The notes under the pieces are model-generated. The model was not told the origin of the DNA. It did not search any database and saw only the letters and a list, made by a program, of their open reading frames with translations. This document shows positions 11,374 through 24,731 of a DNA stretch of 64,000 nucleotides, in pieces; position 1 is the first letter of the stretch, and each line of letters begins with the position of its first letter. A program made the position numbers and the translations under genes. This DNA comes from Sminthopsis crassicaudata (lineage: Eukaryota): assembly GCF_048593235.1 (NCBI RefSeq), contig NC_133618.1, forward strand, positions 578,912,889 through 578,976,888. The letters are read 5' to 3'.

Positions 11374-14300
11374 TAAAAAAAAAGTTACATCTGTTTGTTC
11401 TGTGTTGCTATATTAAGTTATATAGGAAGCTGCCTGTACTTCAGAAGAGTCCTAGGGTCTTAGAAGGTTTTAAACCTTCTGTTGCAATGTGTTCCTGAAG
11501 CACAAAACCATTTCCCAAAACCCCTCTCTAGCCTCTTTTTGAATAATTCTTGTGGTGGGGAATTAACTACTTAATGAGGTAGCTTGTTCTAGTGTTTTTT
11601 TGTTTTGTTTTTTAAGGAAGTTATTAATTGTACATGGATCTGTGAAAAGATATGGCATAATGGCATCCATTAATAATAATAAGTTAATAATAAAATAATA
11701 ATAATAATAAATAAATGGCATCCATGCCGTTTATCTTTGTTTTTTTAAGAGAGCACTTTGCTGGCAAGCATGTACTCTCAGAGAAGGTAAGGGGCCACAT
11801 AAAGACTGCCCATTGCCCCAATCTTTTCTGAGAGGGTAGTCCTGATGACCAAGTATAAAAAGAACCAAGAGGAATGCAGGACTGGTATAGGAGGTTTCTG
11901 TTTTGAGAGAAATGCTTTTTTGTTGGACAACTGGATATGCTTTTATCTTATAAAGAGTGAAACTGGGCCGTGTCATAAGCAGCGACTCAAGTCCTGACCT
12001 GGAGGGGGATCTATCCCATTCACTAGCTTCTCTCTCTGCTTTGGGAAATTCCTGAGTTCTATTGTTTTCTGCCTCTGCATGTGTTGAATGATGATGTCAT
12101 ATTCTCTCTTGGCTCAGGGAGTCTCTATTATGGGCACATGTTAGGAATTCCTTCTCAGAAGCATGATGTTGGGCTGGCATCATGGGAAGCTACTCATCAC
12201 TCATAGTTGTTTCATTTGTCAGCATTGAGGCCCAGCCTGCTCCAATCATCCTAGCTTTCCCTCCTTAGAGTCTGCTGTCCCCTAGTGTCCCTTGTCAGAG
12301 TAGGATCGCAGACAGGCTAGCCAAAAAGTCCCTTGGGGGTTTCCTAAGAGTGCCCCAAGTCTCCCCAGAGCTCTTTGAAATTCACCTACTGTTCCGGGAT
12401 CAGCCGGGTTTCTCTCCTCTCCTCTGATAAATTGCTTTGTGTGCAGATGATGCACCTCTCCGAGACTGAGAAGTCCTTTAAGCCAGAGAAGTTCAAGCCT
12501 GGCAACATGCACAAGTGTCGGGTTATTGACTACAGCCCAATGGATGATCTGGCGTTGTTGTCTCTGAAAACGTGAGTGTGGGGGTGGCTGGGTGTACATG
12601 TGTGGGCACATCTGTGCACAAAAACACAGCATGCACCATCGTGATTGTCAGTGTGGGAGCCCTTTGTTACTCATTGGCCACGTCAGCCTCTGCCACTGTG
12701 TGATTGTTTTTTCCTCTTTATCCCAGGAGCATCATCGAAACTCCATTCCTGAGATATCATGATCTCCACCCAGGGCAGGTAGTCAAGGTGAGGCCCTCTA
12801 GCCTTGCAGTCTATCCAGCAGAGGCAGCCCCCACCACCCCCTGGTCACCTCCATGTGTCTAAGGCAAAAGGACCCTATCCTAAAGAATGCCATTCAAGAG
12901 TGAGGGATAAGCTGGGTCAGAGCATTCTCGTGCTTCAGGTGTTCTGGCTTGGTCATGGAGATGAGGGTGGAAATGTCAGCTAGGGTTCTCCCCAGTCTTG
13001 ATGGCAGAGGGAAGGCCTGTTTGGAGTCACCTGCGGTGACTGTGTCTGTTCTTCCCCCTCAGGCCACAGTGTTTGCACTGAGATCCTATGGGATGATTGT
13101 GAAGGTGACTGAGCAAATCAAAGGTCTTGTGCCGACCTTGCACTTGGCTGATGTCCAGATCCGGAATCCTCAGAAGAAGTATCATCTCCAAGATGAAGTC
13201 AAGTGCCGGGTGAGACTGGGGTGGCTTTCTGGGGTTGGGGTATCTTGGCAGGGCCCAGGCAACCAATGGGCAGGTCCAGCCTTGGAGTGCCCTCTGCTGG
13301 GTAACAGGAAGCAGAACAAGTAAGTCCAGCAGCAAATGTTGCTGCAGGGCTAGTCTGGGATGGCTTCCTGGAATCTGGCAGGTGGGCTGAGAATTTCTCC
13401 ATGGGGAGAATGCAGACACGGTCTAGGGGAATAGCTGGGGCCACTTGGTTGTAATCCTCCCCAGGCTTTCCTGGCCCTCCTTTTGAGCATGGCTGACTAC
13501 CCCACCCTCCCAGGTTCTGACTTGTGACCCTGAGAACAAGAAACTGCTTATGACCCTGAAAAAGACCCTGGTAGAATCCAGCCTTCCTGCTCTCACGAGC
13601 TACAAGCAAGCCAAGCCCGAGCTGCAGACGCACGGCTTTATCAGCAGCATCAAGGACTCAGGCTGTGTTGTCAAGTTCTACAATGACGTGAGGGGATTGG
13701 TACCGAAGAGGGAGCTTGGGGCCCAGCCCATCTCCACTCCGGAGGAAGTGTTTTACGTGGGACAGGTAAGCCCTTGGCAGAGGTGCAGAAGTCCTTGGGT
13801 CCATGGGCTCCTGATAGGCTTAGCTTTAGTTCCTTTAACCCTGTCCCAGGATGGCAGGGAATGATTTACACACCTGGACAATACCCTGTGCGTGAAGGAT
13901 TCCCAGGAGAGCCTGCTGTAAGTACTAAGGCAGGAGTCTGCTCCCACCATCATGGCCACTAGGTCGTAATCAAGGCTAAGGCTTGGCTGGGGTGACGCAA
14001 GAAATAACAAAGGCCCTCTCTGCCCAGGTTCTCCCATCAGGGCCCCTGTACCTCCCCACTATCTTGATGATTACCATGACACTAGAGAAGAGAGAAGGGC
14101 TTGCTGACTATTTTGTGACTCTTCTGAGTCATTTCTACATTCCTCCTTGTTCTCCATCTGATCTAGGATCTTGACGGTTCTGAAGCAGTAGCTTTGGAAG
14201 ATTTGTGGGGTAACAAGGAGCCTGCCCTCCCTTGTGGGCACACACCCGGGGAGAAGGTCAAGTAGCATTTGCCAATCTCTTCCCAGGTAATGAAGGTCAC

Positions 14301-17300
14301 AGTGCTGAACAGTGAGCCGGAGAAGGAGAGGATGCTCTTGTCCTTCAGGCTGTTCAGTGACAAAGAGACAGAAGGCCCATCCCAGAGTCAGAAGAAAGCT
14401 ACGATCAAGGTTGGACAGGTACTTGGATTCGCAAGGTCGCCTTCCTTTGTTTAACTGGGGTAGAGAGATAGAAAAGGACTTGGGCAAGGTCACTACCTTC
14501 CTCAGTGCTAGAATCAACTGCTAATCTGCATTTTCTGATTTCCAATCCAGAGACTTCATAAAGTCATCGAGTTTATCCTCTGCTTCTCCAGGAAATGTCT
14601 TGGCATATTCTGGTTTCCCCCCTCGTCCCCTGGCATTTTAGTTTTCTGTGTGATAGAAGGCTAGATTAAAAACGCTTAACATTTAACCTAGGGAAGAGAA
14701 AGCTTAGGACAAGATTATTTTTTTTGACTCTTGGGGAAGACAATTTTCTCAACGGCATTAAAGGCATCACTATAAACACGGTGAAAATGTTAGGGAGTCA
14801 GGTTATGGCCTTCATTGTAGGAATGAGGAATAATTTCTGAATGGGCCATCCAAGGGTTTCAGAAAAAGCTACAGGGAAAGACCACCAGGCTGGTAGTCAT
14901 CAGATTGGGTCTACATCCAGATTTGCCAGTGATTAGCCATAGGTCATTGGTCCAATCACTAACCCTTACAAAATAGGGGGATTGGGCTGTCTAGATGATT
15001 TCAGAGGTGTCTCTGATCTTTAAAGCTTTGTAATTCTTTCATTCAAAAGCTGGAAAGATATATTTTGTATGATATTGAGGGAATTTGTGCATTGGGAAGG
15101 GGTGTGAACTCAGTTTCTTTTTTTCTTTTTAATTTAGTATTTTATCTTTTTCCAATTACACAGAGACAGTTTTCATCATTTTGTTCTTTGAAAGTTTTTG
15201 AGTTTTTAATTTTTCTCCCTTCTCCAAGATGGCAGGCAGTCTGATGAAGGTTATACATGTGCAAATATGAATGCATATTTTGGATTCTTTTTTTAAAACT
15301 CCTTCTAGCATTGAGATTTGATGAGTGATTTCTCCTTTTCTCCCACTTCATTGGCTCTTAGATCATATTGGCTTACATCCTGAAGTTTCCCCAGGGACTT
15401 CATTGAAGACTGTGGGGAGAGTTGGGTAGACAGCTAAAGATTTCAAGCTGATACCATTAAAGTTCTGGATGTTGGTGCTTTTTAGGGAAGAAGGAGAGAG
15501 ATTTCTTCCCAAGTTAATTATTTTTTATGTTCTTTTTCTTTTTTCTTTGAATTCTAGATTCTCTTCATCCCTCCTTTCACCCTTTGAGAAAACAAGCAAC
15601 ATATCACTTATAATATGAAATCATGCAAAATAAATTTGTATTTTGACTTCATTTTTTTTTTAAAGCAGGAAAGATAAAGAAAGAAAATTATACTTCAGTT
15701 TGCACCCAGAGTCCATCATTTTTAGCTCTCTGAAGATGAATTGTATTTTTTCATCCATGAGTTCCTTTGGAATTGTCTTGGATTATTGTACTGATTATAA
15801 TAGCCAAATCTTTCACAGTTGATCAGTTACAACATTGTTGTTACTGTGCACGATGATCTCCCAGTTATTCTTACTTCACTTTGTATTAATTCATATATAT
15901 CTTGCCATGTTTTTCTGAAACCACACCCTTATCATTTCTTACAGCAATATGCCACAGCTGTTTAGCCATTTCCAAACTGATGAGCATCCCCTTGATTTCC
16001 AATTATTTGCTACCACAAAAAGAACTGCTGAAAATATTTTTGGGCACATAGTCCTTTTCCTTTTTCTTTGATTGGAATACAAACCTAGTAGTGTGATTAT
16101 TGGGTCAAAAGTTATGCACAGCATTATAATTGTTTAGGTCCAGTTTCATACTCCTAAGTGGTAGTTTTAAATTTTCTCAATTGACTCAACTTGGAACCAC
16201 GGAAAGTCTTTGCTCAAGAAAAGTGATAATTTTTTTTCCCTCTCTTTTACTCTTAGTTAGTAGATGTGAAGGTGAAGAAGAAGGTTGAGAAGGGATTGGA
16301 GGTGTCCATCCTACCCAACAACATCCGTGCCTTGCTTCCCACAACACACCTATCAGACAGTGTCACCAACAGTCATCTACTCTACTCCTGGCTCCGGGCA
16401 GGTGACGTCCTCCACAGGGTCTTGTGTTTGAGCCATAGTGATGGTCACATTGTATCCTTTACTATCCTCCATGGAGGGATGAGGGCCCTGAGTCTCAGAG
16501 GGAATTGTTGATCAGATACAATTTCTGGTTTTATTTGGGTCAGCCATGAGTATGATCTCTGGATTCATATACATAGTAACTAAAGAAAGTCAGGCTTAAA
16601 AAAAAATCTGTAGTTTTATATCCTCCTTTCAATCTGAGAGACTTTGAATCTGATGGGAAAAACTAAGGGAGTATTTTAGCCAGAGAGTGGGCCCAATCTT
16701 CTAATGTCCTCTGCCTTCCCTTCTATCGCCTCCCCATCAGAACTCAAATCCAGAGAGCCAAACACCTCTGCAAAATGGCTGCTGGAGTACCCACAAGAAG
16801 CTCCCCTACTGAACTCAGCCTAATCTACTCCATCCTACTATTGCTTCAAATTCTTCCCGGTCCTAAACCATTCAATCATTGTCCTATTCCTCATTTTGTT
16901 TTACTCTGAAAATAAGGTTTCATATTCTTAAGATGAGGCAGATCTCCCAATGACCTGAATGGGGACCAAATTTCCTGGAACCTTTGGCTTTCTGCCCTTG
17001 CTGGTATACTCCTTGATGTGGTGGCTCCAGGTCTTGTGCAGGAAACCAGCCCTGATCTCTGCTGTGGAGAGTGGCCAGGATCCCAAGGTCTTTTCTGAAT
17101 TCCAGCCTGGGATGCTGCTGACTGGTTTTGTGAAAAGTATCAAGGCCTACGGCGTCTTCGTCCAGTTTCCATCAGGCCTTAGTGGACTGGCTCCCAAGTC
17201 TGTGAGTCTGCTTCCCCTGGATTCTCTCTATCTGAGAATTTTTTGGAAAAATGATGTACTGGGTCAGGCAGGAAGGAAGAGGAGGGATGGCCCCTTGGGG

Positions 17301-20300
17301 GACAGACACTGACTTTGAGTTGTGAAGGGCCAGCGGGTTGTGTCACAGGTTGTGTAGTGTGGGCTGCTGCCTACCTAGCGGGTTGTCATAGGGAAACCAT
17401 GGGCAGAGTGAGGGTAGCTCCATGTGAGCTGTGCCGGAAGAGTCCAAAGGGACCTACATCACTGGATATGGAATCACAAAGACCCACCTTCCAATTTCGC
17501 CCCGACACTACTGGACCCATTGCTTCAGCATGCCGGCTCTAAGAGCACCGCACAGGTGTTTCTAGCCTAGCAGGAGGCCCTCTTATGGCAGGGATGTCGG
17601 CCCCTAGCTCGAAGCATGGCTTCCCCTAGGAAGTGTCAGGAAGTGAGTCATGTCTTTGCTGTTTGGGTGCATCTTGTGATGTTCTGGGGGCTCCCCCCAA
17701 AGGAGTGCTGCTCTCTCTCTCTGTGTCCCCTGAAGGCCCAGGTGCCCTGCTTGATGGTAGGGGAAATTCCTGTGGCAGATAGCATGCGGGTAATGAAGGT
17801 AGACTTGGCTTTGTCCCGACTACCAGCACCCTGATAGGAGTGTGATAGCATTAATCCCACGCTGCTGAGAAAAGGATGTTAAACATCGTCACATTTCATC
17901 AATGGGCTTTAAAAAATTTTTACTGACACTTCTCACTTCCTCCTTCCTCATGAAGCTTCCCTTTCCCCCCTCTTCCCCTTTCTCCTCTTAACAAATACCA
18001 GGTCAGTAAGCTGAGTCAAGTACAAAACAATAGTTGATTGGCCATAGTTGAGTACAGGTGCCATCTTCTGAACCTCTGATCTGTCAGGCCAGACTTCTGA
18101 ACTCATGGTGATTCCCTACAGCGGTCAGACTTGGTGAGGGAAGAGGGTGGCCTGGCCTCCACTGGTGCTGACAGACCTCAATGCTCCCTCTCTCCAGGCC
18201 CTGAGCGACAAGTTTGTGACCACAGTCAGCGACCACTTTGTGGAGGGGCAAACGGTGGTTGCAAAGGTGACCAATGTGTATGAGGAGAAAGAGCGGATGC
18301 TGCTTTCCCTGCGCCTGTCTGATGTTTGCCAGGAGGACGCGGCCATCAGCTCTCTGGCCCTCCTGAGCCAGTGGTTGGAGGAGCTGCAGGGAGTCCGAAG
18401 CCTCATGAGCAGCCGAGGTGTGTGGGTGTCTGTGAGGGGCCTCTGTCCATGTGGATTCTCTAATGCGACTTGGGCCCCCCAGTTCCACAGAGGCCTGGAG
18501 GGAGCTGGGATGGGGGAGATAGTGAGAAGGAAGAGGGGTGTCTGTGCCCCCTGGGATTTTTGAGGGCTTGTTCAATTAGGATGAGGGCCTGTCTAACTCC
18601 AGCAAGGATTTTCACCTCTTAGAGTTTGTGATGCTCCAGTACTGCAGCATTCCTCACTCGACAGTAAGCCAAAAGGGAATGTGGTTCCCCCACTCAAGAG
18701 GTTTTCCTTGTCCTCGCTCTGTTTAATGCTGCTTGAGGTGGAGAAACAGGCTGCATGGTGCCATCAGGCTTCTATAAATCCTGCTGTTGCCTTTTAATCT
18801 TGCCCAGATTCTATGCTGACTCAAACGCTGGCTGAAATTACCCCGGGGCTGCTTATGGATCTGGTGGTGCAAGACATGTCAAGTGATGGCTCTCTGATGT
18901 TCAGCAGTGGCTCAGTGCCTGGCCTAGTATTGAAGGCCAGCAGATATCACCAGGGAGGTGAGTACAAAAAGCCTCTTCCATCCAGTGTGATTTTTCTTGC
19001 CCTCTTGGTCTCCGTTTAAAATGATCCACTTCTCTTTATACTTCCTTCATTATCATGACTAACTTGACCTTGAACACCTAGTTTGAATGTACTTCATTAT
19101 ATCCAATTATTGCATAATGTAATTATTCAGTAGGAACCTCTTGCGTGCATAGCCTATGCTCAAAAGTCATTGCATCCAAATCACATTCTTTAAAAGAGAA
19201 TAAGAAAATAGCAGCATGCTATTTATTTAAAAAATAATCCTTTGATGAACCCATTTGCAAGATGAAATCATTTCTTGATTTTTAATAGTTGGGAAAGTGT
19301 GGGATTTACATGTTTGATTTGCATAAATAGGGGCTTGCCACCAAGGCAGTCTTGGTCTTTGCCTGTACAAATTAGAGATTGGCCTCTAGTCCTATAGTAT
19401 CAAGTTCCTGGGCACCAGTCCCCTCTTGGAACATTTGCCTTTCCCTGGCCTAGAAGGTTTGCCAGTTTTGGTGGATTGAGTATCAGGAAGATGAGGGAAA
19501 TTGCTCCTTTGACCTAGGAAAGGAATGAATTCTCTGCTTCTCCTGAATTCTACAGGGAAAGTGATGAATCCTGGGCAAAGAACAAAAGCTGTTGTCCTTC
19601 ATGTTGATACACTGAAGTCTGAGGTTCATGTTTCCCTTCGCCAGGAACTGGTGAACAGAAAATCCAAGCAGGTAGGCTGGCTCATGGTTTCTATTCTCAG
19701 GGATTGCTTCCTCTGGGTTTAGGAGATCATCTTGTGTCTTGTGGAATTCTGAATAGCCAGCAGTATGATCATAAAATGTTAATGGCATTTTCCTTGTGAT
19801 AAGTAGATCATCCTCCCCTCCAACCCAATTTTTTAAAAAAGTCATTGTTGCTTCTTGTCTTTATACCAGTCATTTCTGAATGCAATTACCCTGATGTTGG
19901 ACTCCCAAAACACATGCATTTTGAGCTCTCCTTTATAAGGAAGCCAACTGAAGCAGTGATTGCATTCCACAGCGTATGCACCCTTTTTCACCTGCAGTCT
20001 CATGTTTGACAAGAAAGGTGCATTTCATCATCTTTCCTGGGCTTGAGATTAGTTGCTACTCAGAGTTCAGCTTCCTTTTTAATGATGTGTTCATACATAA
20101 GTCCATATAAGTCTACACTTATGTTGTGGTATTGTCACCCAACATTTACCAAATGCGTAACACTGAGCCAGGTGTTTTACAGAGAATTCACCTACACCCA
20201 GTGGAGCTCTAAAACAGGCACTGGCTCAGATCTGGACACACACATACACACACGCACAGTAGTCACCCACATCAGAGCACAACAGTGAACAATGTAGTGT

Positions 20301-23300
20301 TCAGTAAGCATTTATTAAGCGCCTATTCTTACCTGCCTGGCAGGGAGTTTGCAGCAGTGCCTTGCACATAGGATGTGTTTGGTAAATATTGAATGATGGG
20401 GGGAAGCAAGCTCAAAATTAGAGACTCATCAAATAAGAAAAAGAAGAGAGAGAGATCAGATCCCTCATTTTGAGGAGGAAATTTGAGTTCAGAAAAGGAA
20501 GGGCCCCATCCCAGATTATGAAGCATGAGGTCAGAACTTAGGCTTTCTCATTCCTGCTCCAGGACTCTGAGCACTATAAACTGTGCTGCCTTCTATTGTC
20601 ATTTATGGAAAGAATGGTTATAAAATAGGGACATTTTCAAGGGACCAGGACAAACAGCTCATTTCACTTTCAGGCACCTCTCATTGTTAGAAACCTTACT
20701 GATTTAAAATCTGCCTTTGTAACATCTGTCTACTAGCCTCATCCTGTCACCTGAAGCCTTAAGACATACATCTTAGCCCTGTGGATAATGGAATATAGAG
20801 TATATATGTGTTGTATGGTATGTAATATTGTATAATAAAGTACATATTTTTAAAGTACCTGCTGTGGGCAGAGCATTGTGCTAAACTGAAGGGGAGATGT
20901 AAAGTTAAGTTTCATACAGTTCCTTTCTCGTTGGAAGTGGGGATTATGATGCCTTCTCAGATAGCTATAATGCACAAAAATACACAATAAATATTAAGTA
21001 GTTGCAAAAATAAAGGGGATATGGCACCTACTCAGATAGCTATAATGTACATGATAAATATTAAATAGTTAGAAAAGTAAGGTCCAGTTGTGGAAGGAAA
21101 AAGCATCTCTGATCAGAGGAGTTTGGAAAGGCTTCCTGGAAAAGGTGACATTTAAGTGGGACTTTAAAGGTGGAAATTCAGTAGGCAAAGGAATGCAGGG
21201 TAGGACATTTCAAGCATAGGGAGCAAGCAGGTGAGAAAAGGCACAGAAACATGAATAAATAATTCATGTTTACTATGGGGCAAAAATGAATGTTCAGTGA
21301 GAAAAATTGGGACAATTTTCTTTTTTGTTTTTTTGTTTTTCCCAGCTGAAGAAAAACACTGAGCACCGAGCAGTTATAGAGCACTTGGAAAAGACATTTG
21401 CCATAGGCTCCTTGGTGGAGACTGGACAGCTTGTAGCTTTCCCAGTGACCTCTCACCTAAACGACACCTTCCGTTTTGACTCGGAGAAGCTGCAGGTTGG
21501 TCAGAGGGTCTCCTTGATCATCAAGAGCGCAAAACCCAGTGACATCGGCCTCTTCTTAGCTGTGGAGAGTTCAGTCAAAAAGAGGACACCAGCTCTGCCC
21601 TTGGCAGATCCAGAGCCTGCAGGGGAAGATCCAGGAGTGGTGAGCTCGCTTCTGGAGAAACCCAGCCTGCCCATTGGGGAAATGGTCACCGGAACAGTGA
21701 AGTCTGTCAAGGCCACCCATGTGGTGGTGACCCTCGAGAACGGTTTGGTTGGTTGTATCCACGCCTCCCAGATTCTGGATGATGTGCCTCTTGGCACCCA
21801 GCCCACTGCCAAGCTGAAAGTTGGGAAGCCAGTCACTGCTCGAGTGATTGGTCAGAGAACTTTGTTAACTCACAAGTAAGCAGGCTATGGTGATGGTGTG
21901 GGGCAGGAGGGAAGTCAGACCGAGTTAAGGAGATGTTGACCAAGTTTTGCAGTTAGGAATGGAAAAGCGTGTCCTCCATGGCAAGACACCTTTGTCTCCT
22001 AGTTTCATATTTGATTTAGCATTATTTTGAAGAACTAATGAATGACTTGGCATTCTGTGTGATGCTGATAACAGTAGAGGAGACTCATCTGTGAGTTTGT
22101 ATTTTTCCCATGAATACTCGCCAAATATTTACCCATTTTTACAAAGACATGGTAGAGATGTAGTTAATGGTGTCTTTTGGGTGGCCCCTCTCTGGGTATT
22201 AGTACCATCCAAGATATTTTTCATACTTTCCAAATCTTCCTCTGTTTGAGATATTTTGAAAATTAACCTCTGAGTGCCTTTAAAATTGTGTCATCTTTAG
22301 CACAGATTTAATCAGCTCTTCCTGATCTCCTAGTCTGTTCCTTGTCTATCATTTCTGCTTCTTTATAGAGCTTACATCTTGGGTAGTGATTTCAGCTAAT
22401 GTTGAGTCCAAAAGTCACAATTCTTTTTGTCATCAGGGGTGTGACAAGCTCACTGTAGAAATGTGTTACAGTCTATCATTTCCCTTCTAATAATTGTCCA
22501 GTTTCATCTGTAAATGCTTATGAAACTAATTTTCCATAGTTTTTTCCCCTCATTTTGTTTTTTTGATATTTTGTGAAAGGGTATTACTATTACTTTCTGT
22601 TATTGTCCCAATTAGTTCAAATAACGAATCCCCTACAATAGCTGTATTAATTTCACACTCCATATTTCCACTGGGCTAGAATCAGTTGCCATATTTATGT
22701 AATCATAACTTTGCATAATATGAATTCAGATATATGTGACTACTTCAAGGGGATTTATTGTCTCCACTAATTGGGACCTAGTTGTATTATGCAGCGAGAA
22801 AGCACTAAAGAACAAACACATTTCTAAATCTCATCCAATGGCCCCCTTCTATCTACCATTCAGAATTCTGGTGGACTCAAGGAGTCTTAAGAATTCATCA
22901 TGGCTCAGTTTTTTGAGAATGGTAAAGATCAGGCAGGGGAGATTGGAGAAAGAAAGAAGGAACCAACCCAATATCATGGTGAAAGAGGTAGAAATGAAAG
23001 AAGAGAGTACTAACTTTAAAGTTGTCATTAGTCACTCAGTAAGCATTTTGTTAAGCATTTATAATATCCCAGGTGCTGTGCTGGGTGCTGATGAGATAGC
23101 CCCTGCCTTCAAGAAGCTCTTATGCCTTAGCCAAGAAAAACAACTTTACATGGACAAATTGTATACAAAATAGACAGAGGGTGATTTTTGGGAAGTGGGG
23201 TTGGGTACTAGATGTTGGGGAGATCAAGAACAGCTTCACATGTAAGGCGTCTTTCACTGAGAAGCAAACTAAAGGTTCTGATTTAGAAAGGTGAGGAGGG

Positions 23301-24688
23301 AATATACTTAACTTTGGGGAGAGAAGAGGTGCCTTGGCACAAGGAGAGAAGGGATTTGACTCTTTTCTTTCTCAGGACTCTCCCAATCAGCCATCCAACA
23401 AGTGCACAGACTGTCTCTGATCTGAGTATTCGATCAAGGTAAGAAGGGTTGTGCTTATATGTTGAGTGGGACATTAATAAATTATGCTGTTTATGAGTGA
23501 ATTTTTGAAGATCCATAAACTTATATTTACTTTTGTTTTTTTTTTTTTTCAAACTTAGCACATTCTTGTGTCGCTTTTTTCGCATTCTAGTCCCTACTCC
23601 ATGAACCACTAACGGTTCTACTGGATATGGTAATCTGCTATAGAGAATTTAGATTTTTTTACCAGTCTTGAGGATAGTTTTAGATGCAACACTGGCCTAT
23701 TGTACAAGTTAGAAGGAACTTTAGAAACCTTCACCTGAAGCCAGTATTTGTTTTTATTTATTTAAGTTTAATTGGCTTCTTTATAATGCTGTACATGTTA
23801 TTTTATACATTTAAAGCAATATTAATCCATGGGATTGATTATCTGCCAAAGGGGGATCCATAACACAACAGGCTTAAGTCTTGTAATCCATTTCCTTCTG
23901 CTTCTGGATGAACAAAATGAAGTGACTTATCTAAATCTATCCACTGTATCAATGCCTCCTTCCAGATATTTGCTGCATCCCTGTCTTCCAACACAAGACC
24001 TTTCTTCATCATTTTAAACATGCTAGTTTTCAACTGTTCCTTTTTTGGAAGGTCCTTCACTCCTCTTATTGCCTGCCTCTGATGGTTTTCATTTTATCAT
24101 TGTCTTTTCTAAAATGTGACTTGACTAAATATAGTACCTTAAGATATGGTCTGATCAAGTTAGGAAGTTAGGGATGGTAGGACCCATTACCTCCAGAGAC
24201 ATACATAGTACTTCTCTCTTAATGTAATCCACGTTGCATTTGATTTGGGGGGGAGGTTGGGGGGGAATGATGAGGAGAGGCTTTCTGAGATTAAATCTTT
24301 TAGCTCCCTAGTTCTCCCATCTTTATCAAGTGGTCAAAGTAAACTTCCTGTTTTGAATGTGAAGGCAATTCAAGTTCAAGTTTGTAGAAGGTAGATAATA
24401 AACTGAGAGTAAGAAAACCTCCTAGGAAGGTTGCAGATAAGGACCAAAACTAGATTGGCAGTAGAGGAATGCAGAGAACAGATCTAGACTGTAATGGAGG
24501 TGGAATCAATAGGATTGAATGGCATTTGATTAATCCTTATTTAATCTCATTTTATTAGACAAGGTCCAACTTTCTATCTAGCTCAGTAAAATCTTGATTA
24601 TTATCACCTGATATTAAGTATCCCTCTTAGTTTTTCCCCCACCCCCTAATTTTTTTATTGTGAATTTAGCAGTCATCAGCCATTTTAT

Positions 24689-24731
<43 letters not shown>

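Noticed and set aside
12085-12200. ATGATGA C-box-like motifs (also ~49444)
   Set aside because: No CTGA D box at a suitable distance and no terminal stem, so not a C/D snoRNA
13308-13319. Possible 12-nt in-frame microexon (AG|GAAGCAGAACAA|GTAAGT) in PDCD11 intron 12
   Set aside because: Weak polypyrimidine tract, and it would insert EAEQ inside an S1 domain; no evidence beyond motifs
20956-21080. Imperfect direct duplication (CTCAGATAGCTATAATG... twice)
   Set aside because: Ordinary local tandem duplication in an intron; no functional signal
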